A DNA stretch of 64,000 nucleotides from Thermoproteota archaeon (GTDB taxonomy: Archaea > Thermoproteota > Thermoprotei > Gearchaeales > Gearchaeaceae): assembly GCA_032249235.1 (NCBI GenBank), contig JAVVGF010000004.1:64001-128000 (forward strand). The letters run 5' to 3'. Within the stretch, counting starts at the first letter, position 1. Each line of letters starts with the position of its first letter. The notes under the pieces were generated by a model, which ran no database searches, had not been told where the DNA came from, and worked only from the letters and a program-made list of their open reading frames with translations. Both the position numbers and the translations under genes were made by a program. Positions 27,711-36,658 of this stretch are shown here, one piece after another.

Positions 27711-28360
27711 TGGATGTCAAGGCTATAGCTATCGATGTTGATGGTGTAATAACAAAGTTAGAAAGTGCTTGGAAGTACATTCATGAAAGATTAAATCTTT
27801 TAGACAAGGCTAAAATCAATGCAGAGCTCTTCCATAAAAAGAAAATTTCCTATAAAAAATGGGCTGAATTAGATGTTGCATTATGGAAAGGGATCAGCAA
27901 AGAAGAATTCTACAATCTTTTGAAAGAAGTGGAAATAAGAAAAGGATGCGTTGAATTCTTTTCATTCCTAAAAGAGAATAATATAAAAATATTCGCAATA
28001 AGTGGAGGCTTAACTCCTTTATTGGAGATCTTATCTGAGAAATTGCATTTTGACCGGTATATCGCTAATGATATAATTTTTGAAAATGGCATAATAAATG
28101 GAAAGTTTAGAATTAACGTTTCCCCTAAAAATAAAGGTTTGATACTCTCTCGTTTTTTAAAAGAATTCAACATAAAATCTTCTCAATGCATAGGAATAGG
28201 AGATAGCGAGTTCGATATACCTATGTTAAAATATTGCGGGTATAAAATAGCCTTTAATCCTAAGAAGATTGAATTGATAAGAATTTCAGACGAAGTAATA
28301 TTTTCAGATACCTTCTATGACTTATTTGAAAGATTTAAGAAGTTGCTTGGGTTTTCTTAA
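27710..28360 (+). CDS. HAD-IB family phosphatase (phosphoserine phosphatase-like)
   Basis: DVDGV motif I, ISGG, IGDSEFD. Confidence 0.9.
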   Translation: MDVKAIAIDVDGVITKLESAWKYIHERLNLLDKAKINAELFHKKKISYKKWAELDVALWKGISKEEFYNLLKEVEIRKGCVEFFSFLKENNIKIFAISGGLTPLLEILSEKLHFDRYIANDIIFENGIINGKFRINVSPKNKGLILSRFLKEFNIKSSQCIGIGDSEFDIPMLKYCGYKIAFNPKKIELIRISDEVIFSDTFYDLFERFKKLLGFS

Positions 28361-28853
28361 TTATCCTTATTCTTGTTTTAACAGATAATTTAGATGCAGC
28401 TCTTTTAAGTGCAAGCTTAGCTATATCTATTGATTCCTCTCCACATTCAAGAAACATTATTCTATCGCCTTTTTTAACTATAGCAGCTGTACCTATTGGT
28501 TTTCCAAATGCAAGTCTCATCCCTTCTTGTAATCTATCAGCGCCTGCCATTGCAAGCATTTTATTTTCCCTTAATACATGGAAAGGATATTTTACTACTT
28601 TGAGATGGTAATTGTCAATACCTACTTTTTCTTCAATCGTCTTTGTAGCTATAATACGTGAGGCATCTAAAGCATTATGCCTTATCAATCCATCCTCTAA
28701 TGCATATAACTCTAGCCTAACTGGAAATTCTTTCTTCAAATTACCATAATCAAATTTCGTTATCTTAGGTGGAGGGAAACCTGCAATATACTCTTTTCTA
28801 GTATAAGGCATTGTATCTAATTTACTGTAACATCTACCAGGTCTTAGAGGCAT
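28335..28853 (-). CDS. rpl10e: 50S ribosomal protein uL16 (L10e)
   Basis: MPLRPGRCY, HVLRENKM, GADRLQEGMRLAFGKP. Confidence 0.98.
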   Translation of the reverse strand: MPLRPGRCYSKLDTMPYTRKEYIAGFPPPKITKFDYGNLKKEFPVRLELYALEDGLIRHNALDASRIIATKTIEEKVGIDNYHLKVVKYPFHVLRENKMLAMAGADRLQEGMRLAFGKPIGTAAIVKKGDRIMFLECGEESIDIAKLALKRAASKLSVKTRIRIIKKTQATS

Positions 28854-28898
28854 ACTTCTTTTATATACAACTTCTAATATAAATTCATTGATCGTCTT

Positions 28899-29591
28899 GT
28901 GAGGATAGTTTTAGTTGAACCATCATATGAGATAAATATTGGTTTCGTTGCTAGGTGTATGAAGAATTTTGGCTTCAAAGAACTTTATATCGTGAATCCT
29001 GAAAGCTTCGGTGACTTGGCTATTAAGTTTTCAGCTCATGCTTCAGATATATTAAAAAATGCTGTCATATGTAAAGACTTGAAAGAAGCAATAAAAGATG
29101 TGGATCTCGTAATAGGTACTACATCAAATATAGGTAATGATAGAAATCTTCGCAGGATTGCAATACCTATAACTGAAATAAGACCAGTTGCAGAAAAAAA
29201 TAAGGTAGCTGTTCTTTTCGGAAATGAGAGAACAGGATTAAAGAATGAGCAAATCGACTTATGTGATATCTTAGTTTACATACCTACTTCTGATGAATAT
29301 CCTTCATTAAATCTCTCGCATGCTGTAGCTATTTTCTTGTATGAAATGAGGAGGGATGAGAAAATAAGAACAATTAAATATGAGATTGCTAGCAAGGAAG
29401 ATAAAGAATTCATAATGAAGTTCGTTGAAGAATTACTAATTAAAAGTGGTTTGAGAGGAATAAAATTACAACATAGTCTTCTTATATTCAAAAGACTTTT
29501 AGATCGAGCATATCTTTCTAAAAGAGAAGCTAAAGCTTTATTAGGTACTTTTTCACGAATGAAGAAGCTAGCTGAAACATGGTCAACATAA
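28899..29591 (+). CDS. trmJ: TrmJ-family SPOUT tRNA methyltransferase
   Basis: NIGFVARCMKNFG, LFGNERTGL, YPSLNLSHAVAI. Confidence 0.92.
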   Translation: MRIVLVEPSYEINIGFVARCMKNFGFKELYIVNPESFGDLAIKFSAHASDILKNAVICKDLKEAIKDVDLVIGTTSNIGNDRNLRRIAIPITEIRPVAEKNKVAVLFGNERTGLKNEQIDLCDILVYIPTSDEYPSLNLSHAVAIFLYEMRRDEKIRTIKYEIASKEDKEFIMKFVEELLIKSGLRGIKLQHSLLIFKRLLDRAYLSKREAKALLGTFSRMKKLAETWST

Positions 29592-30193
29592 AAAAACAGA
29601 TTGCAATATCTTTGAAGGATATAGAAAACAAGGAAAGACCTAATGCGTATCTCGAACAATATGAGTTGGATTCAGAGACCGCTTCAAGATTTTTGCACAA
29701 TGTTTTGATGCATTCTAATTATAAAGAGCTTTTGGATGCAGGTTGCGGCTCAGGTTCTTTGACCTTTGCTTCTTTGCTTGCAGGCTTTGAAAGAATATTA
29801 GCTATAGATATAGATTTTGAAGCTATTAAAAAATTGAAGAAAAATTCAGAAAAATTGGGATTAAAATGGGGGGTTGATATGTTAGTAGCTGATTTCTTAA
29901 GGTTATCGTTAAGTAGAAAAGTTGATGCGATAATTATGAATCCTCCATTCGGTACAAAAAGAAGGCATTATGATAGAGATTTTTTGATCAAAGCTTTTAT
30001 GCTAAGTGATAACGTGTTTTCTCTTCATAAGAAAGGTAATGAAAAATTTTTTGAAAGATTAGCTAAAAAATATAACTTCGAAATGAAGATATTAGAAAGC
30101 TATAGAATAGCTATAAAACATATAATGCCTTTTCATAAAAAATTGAAATATTATGTAGATGTAATACAGCTTTATTTTAAGAAAAATGGATAA
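29579..30193 (+). CDS. METTL5-like N6-adenine methyltransferase
   Basis: LEQY, DAGCGSG, MNPPFG...D. Confidence 0.9.
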   Translation: MVNIKKQIAISLKDIENKERPNAYLEQYELDSETASRFLHNVLMHSNYKELLDAGCGSGSLTFASLLAGFERILAIDIDFEAIKKLKKNSEKLGLKWGVDMLVADFLRLSLSRKVDAIIMNPPFGTKRRHYDRDFLIKAFMLSDNVFSLHKKGNEKFFERLAKKYNFEMKILESYRIAIKHIMPFHKKLKYYVDVIQLYFKKNG

Positions 30194-30734
30194 GAAAATA
30201 TTCCTTCCAGGGGAATATATCACCACAATAGAAGAATTCTTTGCAGGCTTAGGAGTATTTGAAGAAAAAGGGAAGATTTATGCATGTGCCCCAGGATTGC
30301 TAAAAACAGATTTGAAAGAAAGAAAAGTAGACTTAGAATTAATAAAAAAACCAAAATCTTTTGTTAAGAAAGGAGATGTTGTTATTGCACAAGTTAAAGA
30401 TGTAGGCAGGAATGTTGTTGAATTAACTCTGCTTTATAATGAGACTGAAAAAATTGAAGCAAATATAGAAGCATTCATGCTCATTAAACGTTCAAAAGAA
30501 GCAGCGATGCGTTCAATAAAACCAACAGATATAATAAGAGCTCACGTGCTTGAAGCTGAAGGTAAAATAATCCTTAGCATTAGAGGTAAAGATTTCGGAA
30601 TATTATATGCAGAGTGTCCTTTTTGTTTAAAGCCTCTTTATTATAATGAAAAAGAATACAGTATTTTAAAATGCCTAAATTGCGGGTTTAAAGTTAAAAC
30701 AAAAGTCAGTTCGCTTTATTTAAATAAATATTAG
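30186..30734 (+). CDS. csl4: Exosome RNA-binding subunit Csl4
   Basis: LPGEYITTIEEFFAGLG, S1 domain, DIIRAHV, C-terminal Zn ribbon. Confidence 0.9.
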   Translation: MDKKIFLPGEYITTIEEFFAGLGVFEEKGKIYACAPGLLKTDLKERKVDLELIKKPKSFVKKGDVVIAQVKDVGRNVVELTLLYNETEKIEANIEAFMLIKRSKEAAMRSIKPTDIIRAHVLEAEGKIILSIRGKDFGILYAECPFCLKPLYYNEKEYSILKCLNCGFKVKTKVSSLYLNKY

Positions 30735-30752
30735 AGCTGAGAATTCTAAGAT

Positions 30753-31046
30753 ATGGAATTCAATGTGAAAGAAAAAACGAATAATTCAATATTGCTTTCT
30801 TTTAAAGACCTAGATATTGGCTTTTTGAATCTTCTAGCATATGAACTTTTGAAAGATAAACGTGTTTTAAACGCTTATGCTAGGAAGCCACATCCTTTGC
30901 TTGAAGAAGTCGAATTCTATATATTAGTTTCAGAAGGAACAGATATAGTTTCTTTACTTGAAGAGAAAATTAACATCATAAAAAATGAGTTTTCTGAATT
31001 TAAACAAAAATTTTTAGAAAATCTTGAAAAGATTCATAAAGCTTGA
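30753..31046 (+). CDS. rpoL: RNA polymerase subunit L (Rpo11)
   Basis: NLLAYEL...AYARKPHPL; position after csl4. Confidence 0.88.
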   Translation: MEFNVKEKTNNSILLSFKDLDIGFLNLLAYELLKDKRVLNAYARKPHPLLEEVEFYILVSEGTDIVSLLEEKINIIKNEFSEFKQKFLENLEKIHKA

Positions 31047-31428
31047 AGCAAGAATTGCTTTCATCAATTTAGTTCGCGTAGATAAAAAAAGAATTATGAG
31101 CATGGTAATATACAGAGCAGGCTATATTGAGGATGTTGAGTTTCATGAAATAAAGAACGCTCAAGAGCTTCTCCAGAAAATCGTAAATTCAAGGCATTTC
31201 AAACAAATTAGATACGTAGTAATTAAAGGTAATATTAGCGAAATGTCTGATTCTCTTTTCAACAATTTCCCTTTACCTATTATATACATGAATAAAAAAA
31301 TAAGATTGTACAATTTAACAGAAGAAGAATTCAAAATCATCAATTCAAGGAATTTCTTGAGAGATGGTTTAAATATAAGCAAGATTATCTCTAATCTAAT
31401 TAAGCATTATGATAAGATTTTGCCCTAA
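31024..31428 (+). CDS. Short, divergent DUF99-like protein
   Basis: VIYRAGYIEDV and NSRHFKQIRYV resemble DUF99; lies between rpoL and tfs. Confidence 0.6.
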   Translation: MKRFIKLEARIAFINLVRVDKKRIMSMVIYRAGYIEDVEFHEIKNAQELLQKIVNSRHFKQIRYVVIKGNISEMSDSLFNNFPLPIIYMNKKIRLYNLTEEEFKIINSRNFLRDGLNISKIISNLIKHYDKILP

Positions 31429-31735
31429 ATGCGGCAATTTATTAAAGCCTCAGAAAGATAGCAATAAGTTGGTTTGTTTATCATGTGGGTATTATGAATT
31501 AATTCAAAATAAGCTTAGCTTAGCTATAACTACTTCTGTTCAGAAAAAGAAAAAAGAAATCATTATTGATGAAGGTGATAGAGGACATCAAATGCCTACT
31601 GCAGAAGTTACATGCCCTAAATGCGGAAATGAAAAAGCATATTGGTGGTTAGTCCAAACTAGAAGGGCAGATGAGCCTCCTACTACTTTTTATCGTTGCA
31701 CTAAGTGCAATCATACTTGGAGAGATTACAGGTAA
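31409..31735 (+). CDS. tfs: Transcript cleavage factor TFS
   Basis: Two Zn ribbons; QTRRADEPPTTFYRC with the catalytic DE. Confidence 0.97.
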   Translation: MIRFCPKCGNLLKPQKDSNKLVCLSCGYYELIQNKLSLAITTSVQKKKKEIIIDEGDRGHQMPTAEVTCPKCGNEKAYWWLVQTRRADEPPTTFYRCTKCNHTWRDYR

Positions 31736-31772
31736 ATATTTATGATTTTTTTAATTTAATTATTTGAAGCTT

Positions 31773-32525
31773 ATGTTGAGAATAGAATTTGAAGATGCGA
31801 AGAATTGGCTTGACCTATTAGATGCTATCAGAGATATTGTTGAAGAAGCAGTATTCACAGCTAGCCAAGAAGGTCTCTCTTTGAGAGCTATGGATAGTGC
31901 AAGAGTTGCGATGATAGATCTAAAGCTACCTGTAGTTTATTTTCCAGATTTTAAAATTGAGGAAGAAAAAGTTTCCTTTGCGATCTCAGTCGCTGATATG
32001 GTCAAATCACTTAAAGGAATAAAGAAAGGCTATAGGCTAATTTTAGAGCTTACTCAAGAAAATCTTTTGAGACTTGAATTCATAGGAAAAGGAAGGCATG
32101 CTTTCGAATTTCCTTTGCTTGATATTTCTCCTGAATCAATTCCTTCGCTGAAATTGAATTTTGAAGCACATGTTAAAATAGAGACAGATATAATAGGGAA
32201 TGCCATAAAAAATCTAGAGAAATTCAGTGATTATATTAGATTCAAGGCTACCAGCGATAAGCTAATTTTACATGGGAGAAGTGAAAAAGGAAGGGCGAGC
32301 TCAGAATTTCTTAGAGATGAATTGATAAGCTTAGATGTAGTTAAAGACTGTGAAGCTTCTTATTCTACTGAATATCTACTCAATATACTGGGAAGGAGCG
32401 AATTATCTGAAGTAACTAGCATAGAATTCGGAAACAGAATGCCTCTAAAGGCTACCTATATGCTTGCAGGTGAAGGAGAGGTATCTTATTACTTAGCACC
32501 TAGAACAGAAACTGAAATTGAATGA
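31773..32525 (+). CDS. pcn: PCNA sliding clamp
   Basis: LRAMDSARVAMIDL, YSTEYL, MPLK, YYLAPR. Confidence 0.96.
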   Translation: MLRIEFEDAKNWLDLLDAIRDIVEEAVFTASQEGLSLRAMDSARVAMIDLKLPVVYFPDFKIEEEKVSFAISVADMVKSLKGIKKGYRLILELTQENLLRLEFIGKGRHAFEFPLLDISPESIPSLKLNFEAHVKIETDIIGNAIKNLEKFSDYIRFKATSDKLILHGRSEKGRASSEFLRDELISLDVVKDCEASYSTEYLLNILGRSELSEVTSIEFGNRMPLKATYMLAGEGEVSYYLAPRTETEIE

Positions 32526-33556
32526 GTATAGATGTCAAAGAATTATCAAAATATCCTTTTCTTGATTCCCTTAAGGAATATTTAGAAATTTCTGATTTTA
32601 ACCTTGAGGAGATATTAAATAAGGAAAATAAAATACTTAATGCTTCTATAGCTAGAATAAAATCATTGAATGAAAAGGACTATTCATTCGATTTTGATCC
32701 CGATACCAATATAAAAAGCTTTGTTGTTAGCCTTTTCATTGTTGCTCATTTAGGGACAGCTTTTATAGAGAAATTTGCAGAAAGAGAATCTAAAAGGTTA
32801 TCTAGAATAATAAAAAGTGAGATAGAAAATAAAAATTTTAGTGAAATAATAAAGATTTCAAGAGTTTTAGTATCTAAGGATATTAATTTAAAACAAATTA
32901 AAACTAAAAATTCTACAATTGATTCTTTTTATTTAAAAATAAAAGATTATTTAAAATATGCAGCTTATTTAGGAGATTACAATTGGGCTCTTGCTTTTCA
33001 TGAAATAAAAGAAGGATATATTTATCTAACTTCTAAAGAATTATCAAGAATTTTAGAAGAAGCTTATAGGCAATGGATAATAATTAAATGCAATGAATTA
33101 AGAGACATATATCTGCCTATGATTGAGCCTTTGATAGAGAAAATAAGCAAGGAATTGCCTCCTATTAAAAGAGTTTCTCATTACGAAGAAAAAATTGAAT
33201 ATAAAGGAGTAGATCCTCCATGTATGAGAATTCTCTTGAATGATCTAAAGAGCGGTAAAAAGCTTTCGCATATGGGAAACTTTGCTCTAGCTACTTATTT
33301 AAGAGTAATAGGTTATTCCGTTGAAGAGGCATTAGAATTATTCAAAAATCTTCCAGATTTTAAGGAGAATATAGCAAGATATCAAATAGAGCATATATAT
33401 GGCTTAAGAGGTGGAAGAAAAGTATATTCTGTTCCTAGCTGTATAACATTAAGAGCTGCAAATCTTTGCTTTCCAGAATCTCCTGGATGCGATAATATCA
33501 AGCATCCTTTACAATATATTAAAAAAATTAAAAATGTCAGAAAGCAAAATAATTAA
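32522..33556 (+). CDS. priL: DNA primase large subunit
   Basis: KYPFL, PPCM, HMGNFAL, YQIEHIYG, PSC...C...C Fe-S motif. Confidence 0.95.
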   Translation: MSIDVKELSKYPFLDSLKEYLEISDFNLEEILNKENKILNASIARIKSLNEKDYSFDFDPDTNIKSFVVSLFIVAHLGTAFIEKFAERESKRLSRIIKSEIENKNFSEIIKISRVLVSKDINLKQIKTKNSTIDSFYLKIKDYLKYAAYLGDYNWALAFHEIKEGYIYLTSKELSRILEEAYRQWIIIKCNELRDIYLPMIEPLIEKISKELPPIKRVSHYEEKIEYKGVDPPCMRILLNDLKSGKKLSHMGNFALATYLRVIGYSVEEALELFKNLPDFKENIARYQIEHIYGLRGGRKVYSVPSCITLRAANLCFPESPGCDNIKHPLQYIKKIKNVRKQNN

Positions 33557-34766
33557 TCTATTCAGAAGTTATTATGCAAATTTAAAAGAAGAAGATTTGA
33601 ATGTTAGGAATCTAGAAAATAGAGAATTTGCTATATGGAATTTCAATTCGAATACAATGAAAAGACACTTGGCATTTAAGGATTCTAAAGAATTGAAAAA
33701 ATTTTTAATTTCTCAATCTCCTAGGCATGTATATTATTCAGCGAGCATTTATGAATATCCCTCGATACCAGATATGGAAATGAAGAGGATAGTTAAAACA
33801 GATCTCATATTCGATATCGACATAGATCATGTTCCTACAGAATGCAAAAAAATCCATGATTCCTGGACTTGTAAGAACTGCAATAATTCTGGAAAAGGTT
33901 ATGTCGAAGTATGTCCTGTTTGCAACAGTTATTCTTTAGAAAAATTCAGTTTTGTTTGCAATGAATGTCTTAATGTAGCAAAAGAAAAAGCTCTAATCCT
34001 CATTGAAGACTTTTTATTCGCAGATTTAGGCGTTTCAAAAGATGAAGTAAAAATAGTTTTTTCGGGAAATAGAGGTTACCACATACACGTTTTTAATGAG
34101 GAATGGTCTAGTTTAGATTCTAAAGCTAGAAGTATGCTTATAGATTACATAAAAGGCATTAGCGCTAAGTTATATCTACATGAATATTTAAAAAAGAATA
34201 AGTATAAATTCAAAGGAATTTTGGCTTCTGGTTTTCCTTCAAGATTTGCTGAGAAATTACTTGAAACGATGCTTACTATAGATAATATGATCAACAAGCT
34301 AGATTTGAAAAAAGAAATCATTGAAGGAATAATGTCTAATAAAGAAAGAATAATATTGGCTATGCAAGGTTATGTCTGCGACTACAGCTTCATTAAAGAA
34401 TTTGGAAAAAAAGCGAAAGATATTCTAAATAAAGTGATTGAAGAAATAAGTGTTGAAATCGATGAAAGAGTAACTGTAGATTTGCACAGATTGATCCGCA
34501 TGCCAAATACTATTCATGGTAAAACGGGTTTGAAAGTTACTTCAATGAATTATGAAGATCTTGAAAATTTCGAGCCATATAGAGATAGCATAGTATTTAA
34601 GAAGGGTTATGCTAAGATTAAATATAAAGTGAAAGCTGATTTTCCTAAAATAATAATGGACGAAACTGAATATGATCTTCAAAACATCGAAAATAAACCG
34701 ATTCCTTTATTTCTAGCTTTATATTTAGCTTTAAACGAATATGCTACGATAAATGAGTTCATTTAA
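33534..34766 (+). CDS. priS: DNA primase small (catalytic) subunit
   Basis: REFA, DLIFDID, FSGNRGYHI, IDERVTVDLHRLIRMPNTIHGKTG. Confidence 0.97.
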   Translation: MSESKIINLFRSYYANLKEEDLNVRNLENREFAIWNFNSNTMKRHLAFKDSKELKKFLISQSPRHVYYSASIYEYPSIPDMEMKRIVKTDLIFDIDIDHVPTECKKIHDSWTCKNCNNSGKGYVEVCPVCNSYSLEKFSFVCNECLNVAKEKALILIEDFLFADLGVSKDEVKIVFSGNRGYHIHVFNEEWSSLDSKARSMLIDYIKGISAKLYLHEYLKKNKYKFKGILASGFPSRFAEKLLETMLTIDNMINKLDLKKEIIEGIMSNKERIILAMQGYVCDYSFIKEFGKKAKDILNKVIEEISVEIDERVTVDLHRLIRMPNTIHGKTGLKVTSMNYEDLENFEPYRDSIVFKKGYAKIKYKVKADFPKIIMDETEYDLQNIENKPIPLFLALYLALNEYATINEFI

Positions 34767-35247
34767 AGATCCTTTTATAAAAAAACTTTATGAAAAACTA
34801 AATGAAGAAAGAGCTAATTCTCTTGCTTTAAATCCTAATAAGAGCTTGTATGAGCTTCTTTATGAACTTGCTAAAAGAGAATCTCCAAAAAATGAAAATC
34901 TTAATGGTAAAATCAAGCAACTAGAATTGAAGCTTGCTAAATTATTGGCTTACTCTATAATAAGGCATAAATCGAAGAAAATATCGAAGTATTTCAATAT
35001 GGGATTATCTAATCCTTCTTTTTTGGAAATATTGTTCAGTGCAGAAAGTAAATTCTTCAAAAAGATCTCAGAAAAATTATCTTTAATAATCATAACTGGA
35101 GAAGAAGGGATACCAATTGTTACAGGAGAAGAAGGTATCAAATATGGCCCTTTCAAAAAGGGAGATATAGTTTTTATATCAGAAAGTTTTTCTTCTTTAT
35201 TAATAAAAAAGAAATTAGCGAGGTTGATGAAAAGTGAAAGTACCTGA
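34753..35247 (+). CDS. GINS complex subunit (Gins51/15-like)
   Basis: C-terminal B-domain-like YGPFKKGDIVFI...LIKKKLAR; canonical position after priS. Confidence 0.75.
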   Translation: MSSFKDPFIKKLYEKLNEERANSLALNPNKSLYELLYELAKRESPKNENLNGKIKQLELKLAKLLAYSIIRHKSKKISKYFNMGLSNPSFLEILFSAESKFFKKISEKLSLIIITGEEGIPIVTGEEGIKYGPFKKGDIVFISESFSSLLIKKKLARLMKSEST

Positions 35248-35515
35248 TACAATAAGGACATATTGTCCTAGATGTAATGCTCATACAGAGCATAAAGTAG
35301 AGCTATATAAAACAGGAAAGAGAAGAAACCTAGCACAAGGTCAAAGAAGATATTTGAGGAAAAATTTAGGATATGGAAGCAAAAGAACTGCGGAACAAAA
35401 GCGCTTCGCAAAGACCACAAAAAAACAAGTCCTTAAATTGATTTGCGTAAAATGCAAGTATGTCTTGCATAGGAAAGGTATTAGGCTTAAGAAAATAGAA
35501 ATAGTTAAGAAGTGA
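35234..35515 (+). CDS. rpl44e: 50S ribosomal protein eL42 (L44e)
   Basis: TYCPRCNAHTEH, GYG, KTTKK...CVKC. Confidence 0.97.
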   Translation: MKVPDTIRTYCPRCNAHTEHKVELYKTGKRRNLAQGQRRYLRKNLGYGSKRTAEQKRFAKTTKKQVLKLICVKCKYVLHRKGIRLKKIEIVKK

Positions 35516-35516
35516 A

Positions 35517-35717
35517 ATGGTGAAGAAAAGAAAGGAAATAATACCAAGACCTAAAAGCTGTTTCATAAAAGTTAAGTGCAATAACTGCGGAGCTGAAAGG
35601 ATAATATTCGATCATACAACAACTTTGATAACATGTAGAATATGTAAAGAAATCCTAGCAGAACCCACTGGAGGGAAAGCAATAATAAAAGCAAAGGTAG
35701 TAGCGAAGTATGGTTGA
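35517..35717 (+). CDS. rps27e: 30S ribosomal protein eS27
   Basis: PKSCFIKVKCNNC...CRIC...PTGGKA. Confidence 0.97.
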   Translation: MVKKRKEIIPRPKSCFIKVKCNNCGAERIIFDHTTTLITCRICKEILAEPTGGKAIIKAKVVAKYG

Positions 35718-36495
35718 GCTGCCTAAGGTGAATTCTATTGTCATTGCTACTGCAAAGAAAGTCTTAGAGCATGGAGCATATTTCACGCTAGATGAATATG
35801 GATCTTTAGAAGCTTATATGCCAATAGGAGAAGTTTCCAGTAGTAGAATTGTAGATATCGAAGACGCAATAAAAGTAGGTAAGAAATACGTATGTAAAGT
35901 TATAAGAGTCGATCCTTCAAGGGCTTATGTTGATATCTCTTTAAAAAGAGTAACTGAACAAGAAAGGAGAAAAAAACTTATTGAATGGAAGAGAAATCAA
36001 AGAGCTGAAAAACTAATAGAAATGCTTGCTAACAAGGTTAAAATGGATAAGCAGTCTCTTATGAATAAGCTTTCACATTATATCGGTACTTATTTTGAAG
36101 ATTATCTTGCTTTCTTTGAAAAACCAATAAAAGAAGGAAGCGAAGTGCTAGATAATTTAGATATCGATACTAACATAAAAAATTCGATAATCGAAATAGC
36201 AAAAGAATATATAAGAATACCTATTCCAGAGCTTAAAGAAGAGATATCATTTTTTAGCCTAGCTAAAAATGGAGTAATTCAAATAAAAGAAATATTGAAT
36301 CATGCATACAATGAAACTTCATCTATCAAAGGAATTAAAGGGATTGAAATTAGCTATCTAGGAGCTACGCGCTTTCTTGTTAGGATTCAAGCAAGTAACT
36401 ATAAAATAGGCGAGCTTGCAAAAGAGAGATTCAACACGATTTTAAATGAAAAATCCAAAGCATTAGGTGTTAGCTTTTCTTTCAAGGAGCTTTAA
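35710..36495 (+). CDS. eif2a: Translation initiation factor aIF2 alpha
   Basis: GAYFTLDEY, KVIRVD...VDISLKRV, EWKRNQRA. Confidence 0.96.
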   Translation: MVELPKVNSIVIATAKKVLEHGAYFTLDEYGSLEAYMPIGEVSSSRIVDIEDAIKVGKKYVCKVIRVDPSRAYVDISLKRVTEQERRKKLIEWKRNQRAEKLIEMLANKVKMDKQSLMNKLSHYIGTYFEDYLAFFEKPIKEGSEVLDNLDIDTNIKNSIIEIAKEYIRIPIPELKEEISFFSLAKNGVIQIKEILNHAYNETSSIKGIKGIEISYLGATRFLVRIQASNYKIGELAKERFNTILNEKSKALGVSFSFKEL

Positions 36496-36658
36496 TCTTT
36501 CCTTTCCTAGCTATTATAGCCTGGAATTTTATTTCTAAATATTTGTCAAGCGGTGAGAATTTAGGAGGATGAACATTCATTAATTCTTTAGATTTACAAA
36601 CAGGGCATTCGTTTTTTATGGTATATCTCTTACAGTTGCTGCACTTAAGTATTGCCAA
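36482..36658 (-). CDS. nop10: H/ACA RNP protein Nop10 (58 aa; absent from the ORF track)
   Basis: TTG start; MAILKCSNCKRYTIKNECPVCKSKELMNVHPPKFSPLDKY... carries the CxxC-YT-CPxC-HPPKFSPxDKY signature. Confidence 0.93.
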   Translation of the reverse strand: MAILKCSNCKRYTIKNECPVCKSKELMNVHPPKFSPLDKYLEIKFQAIIARKGKIKAP

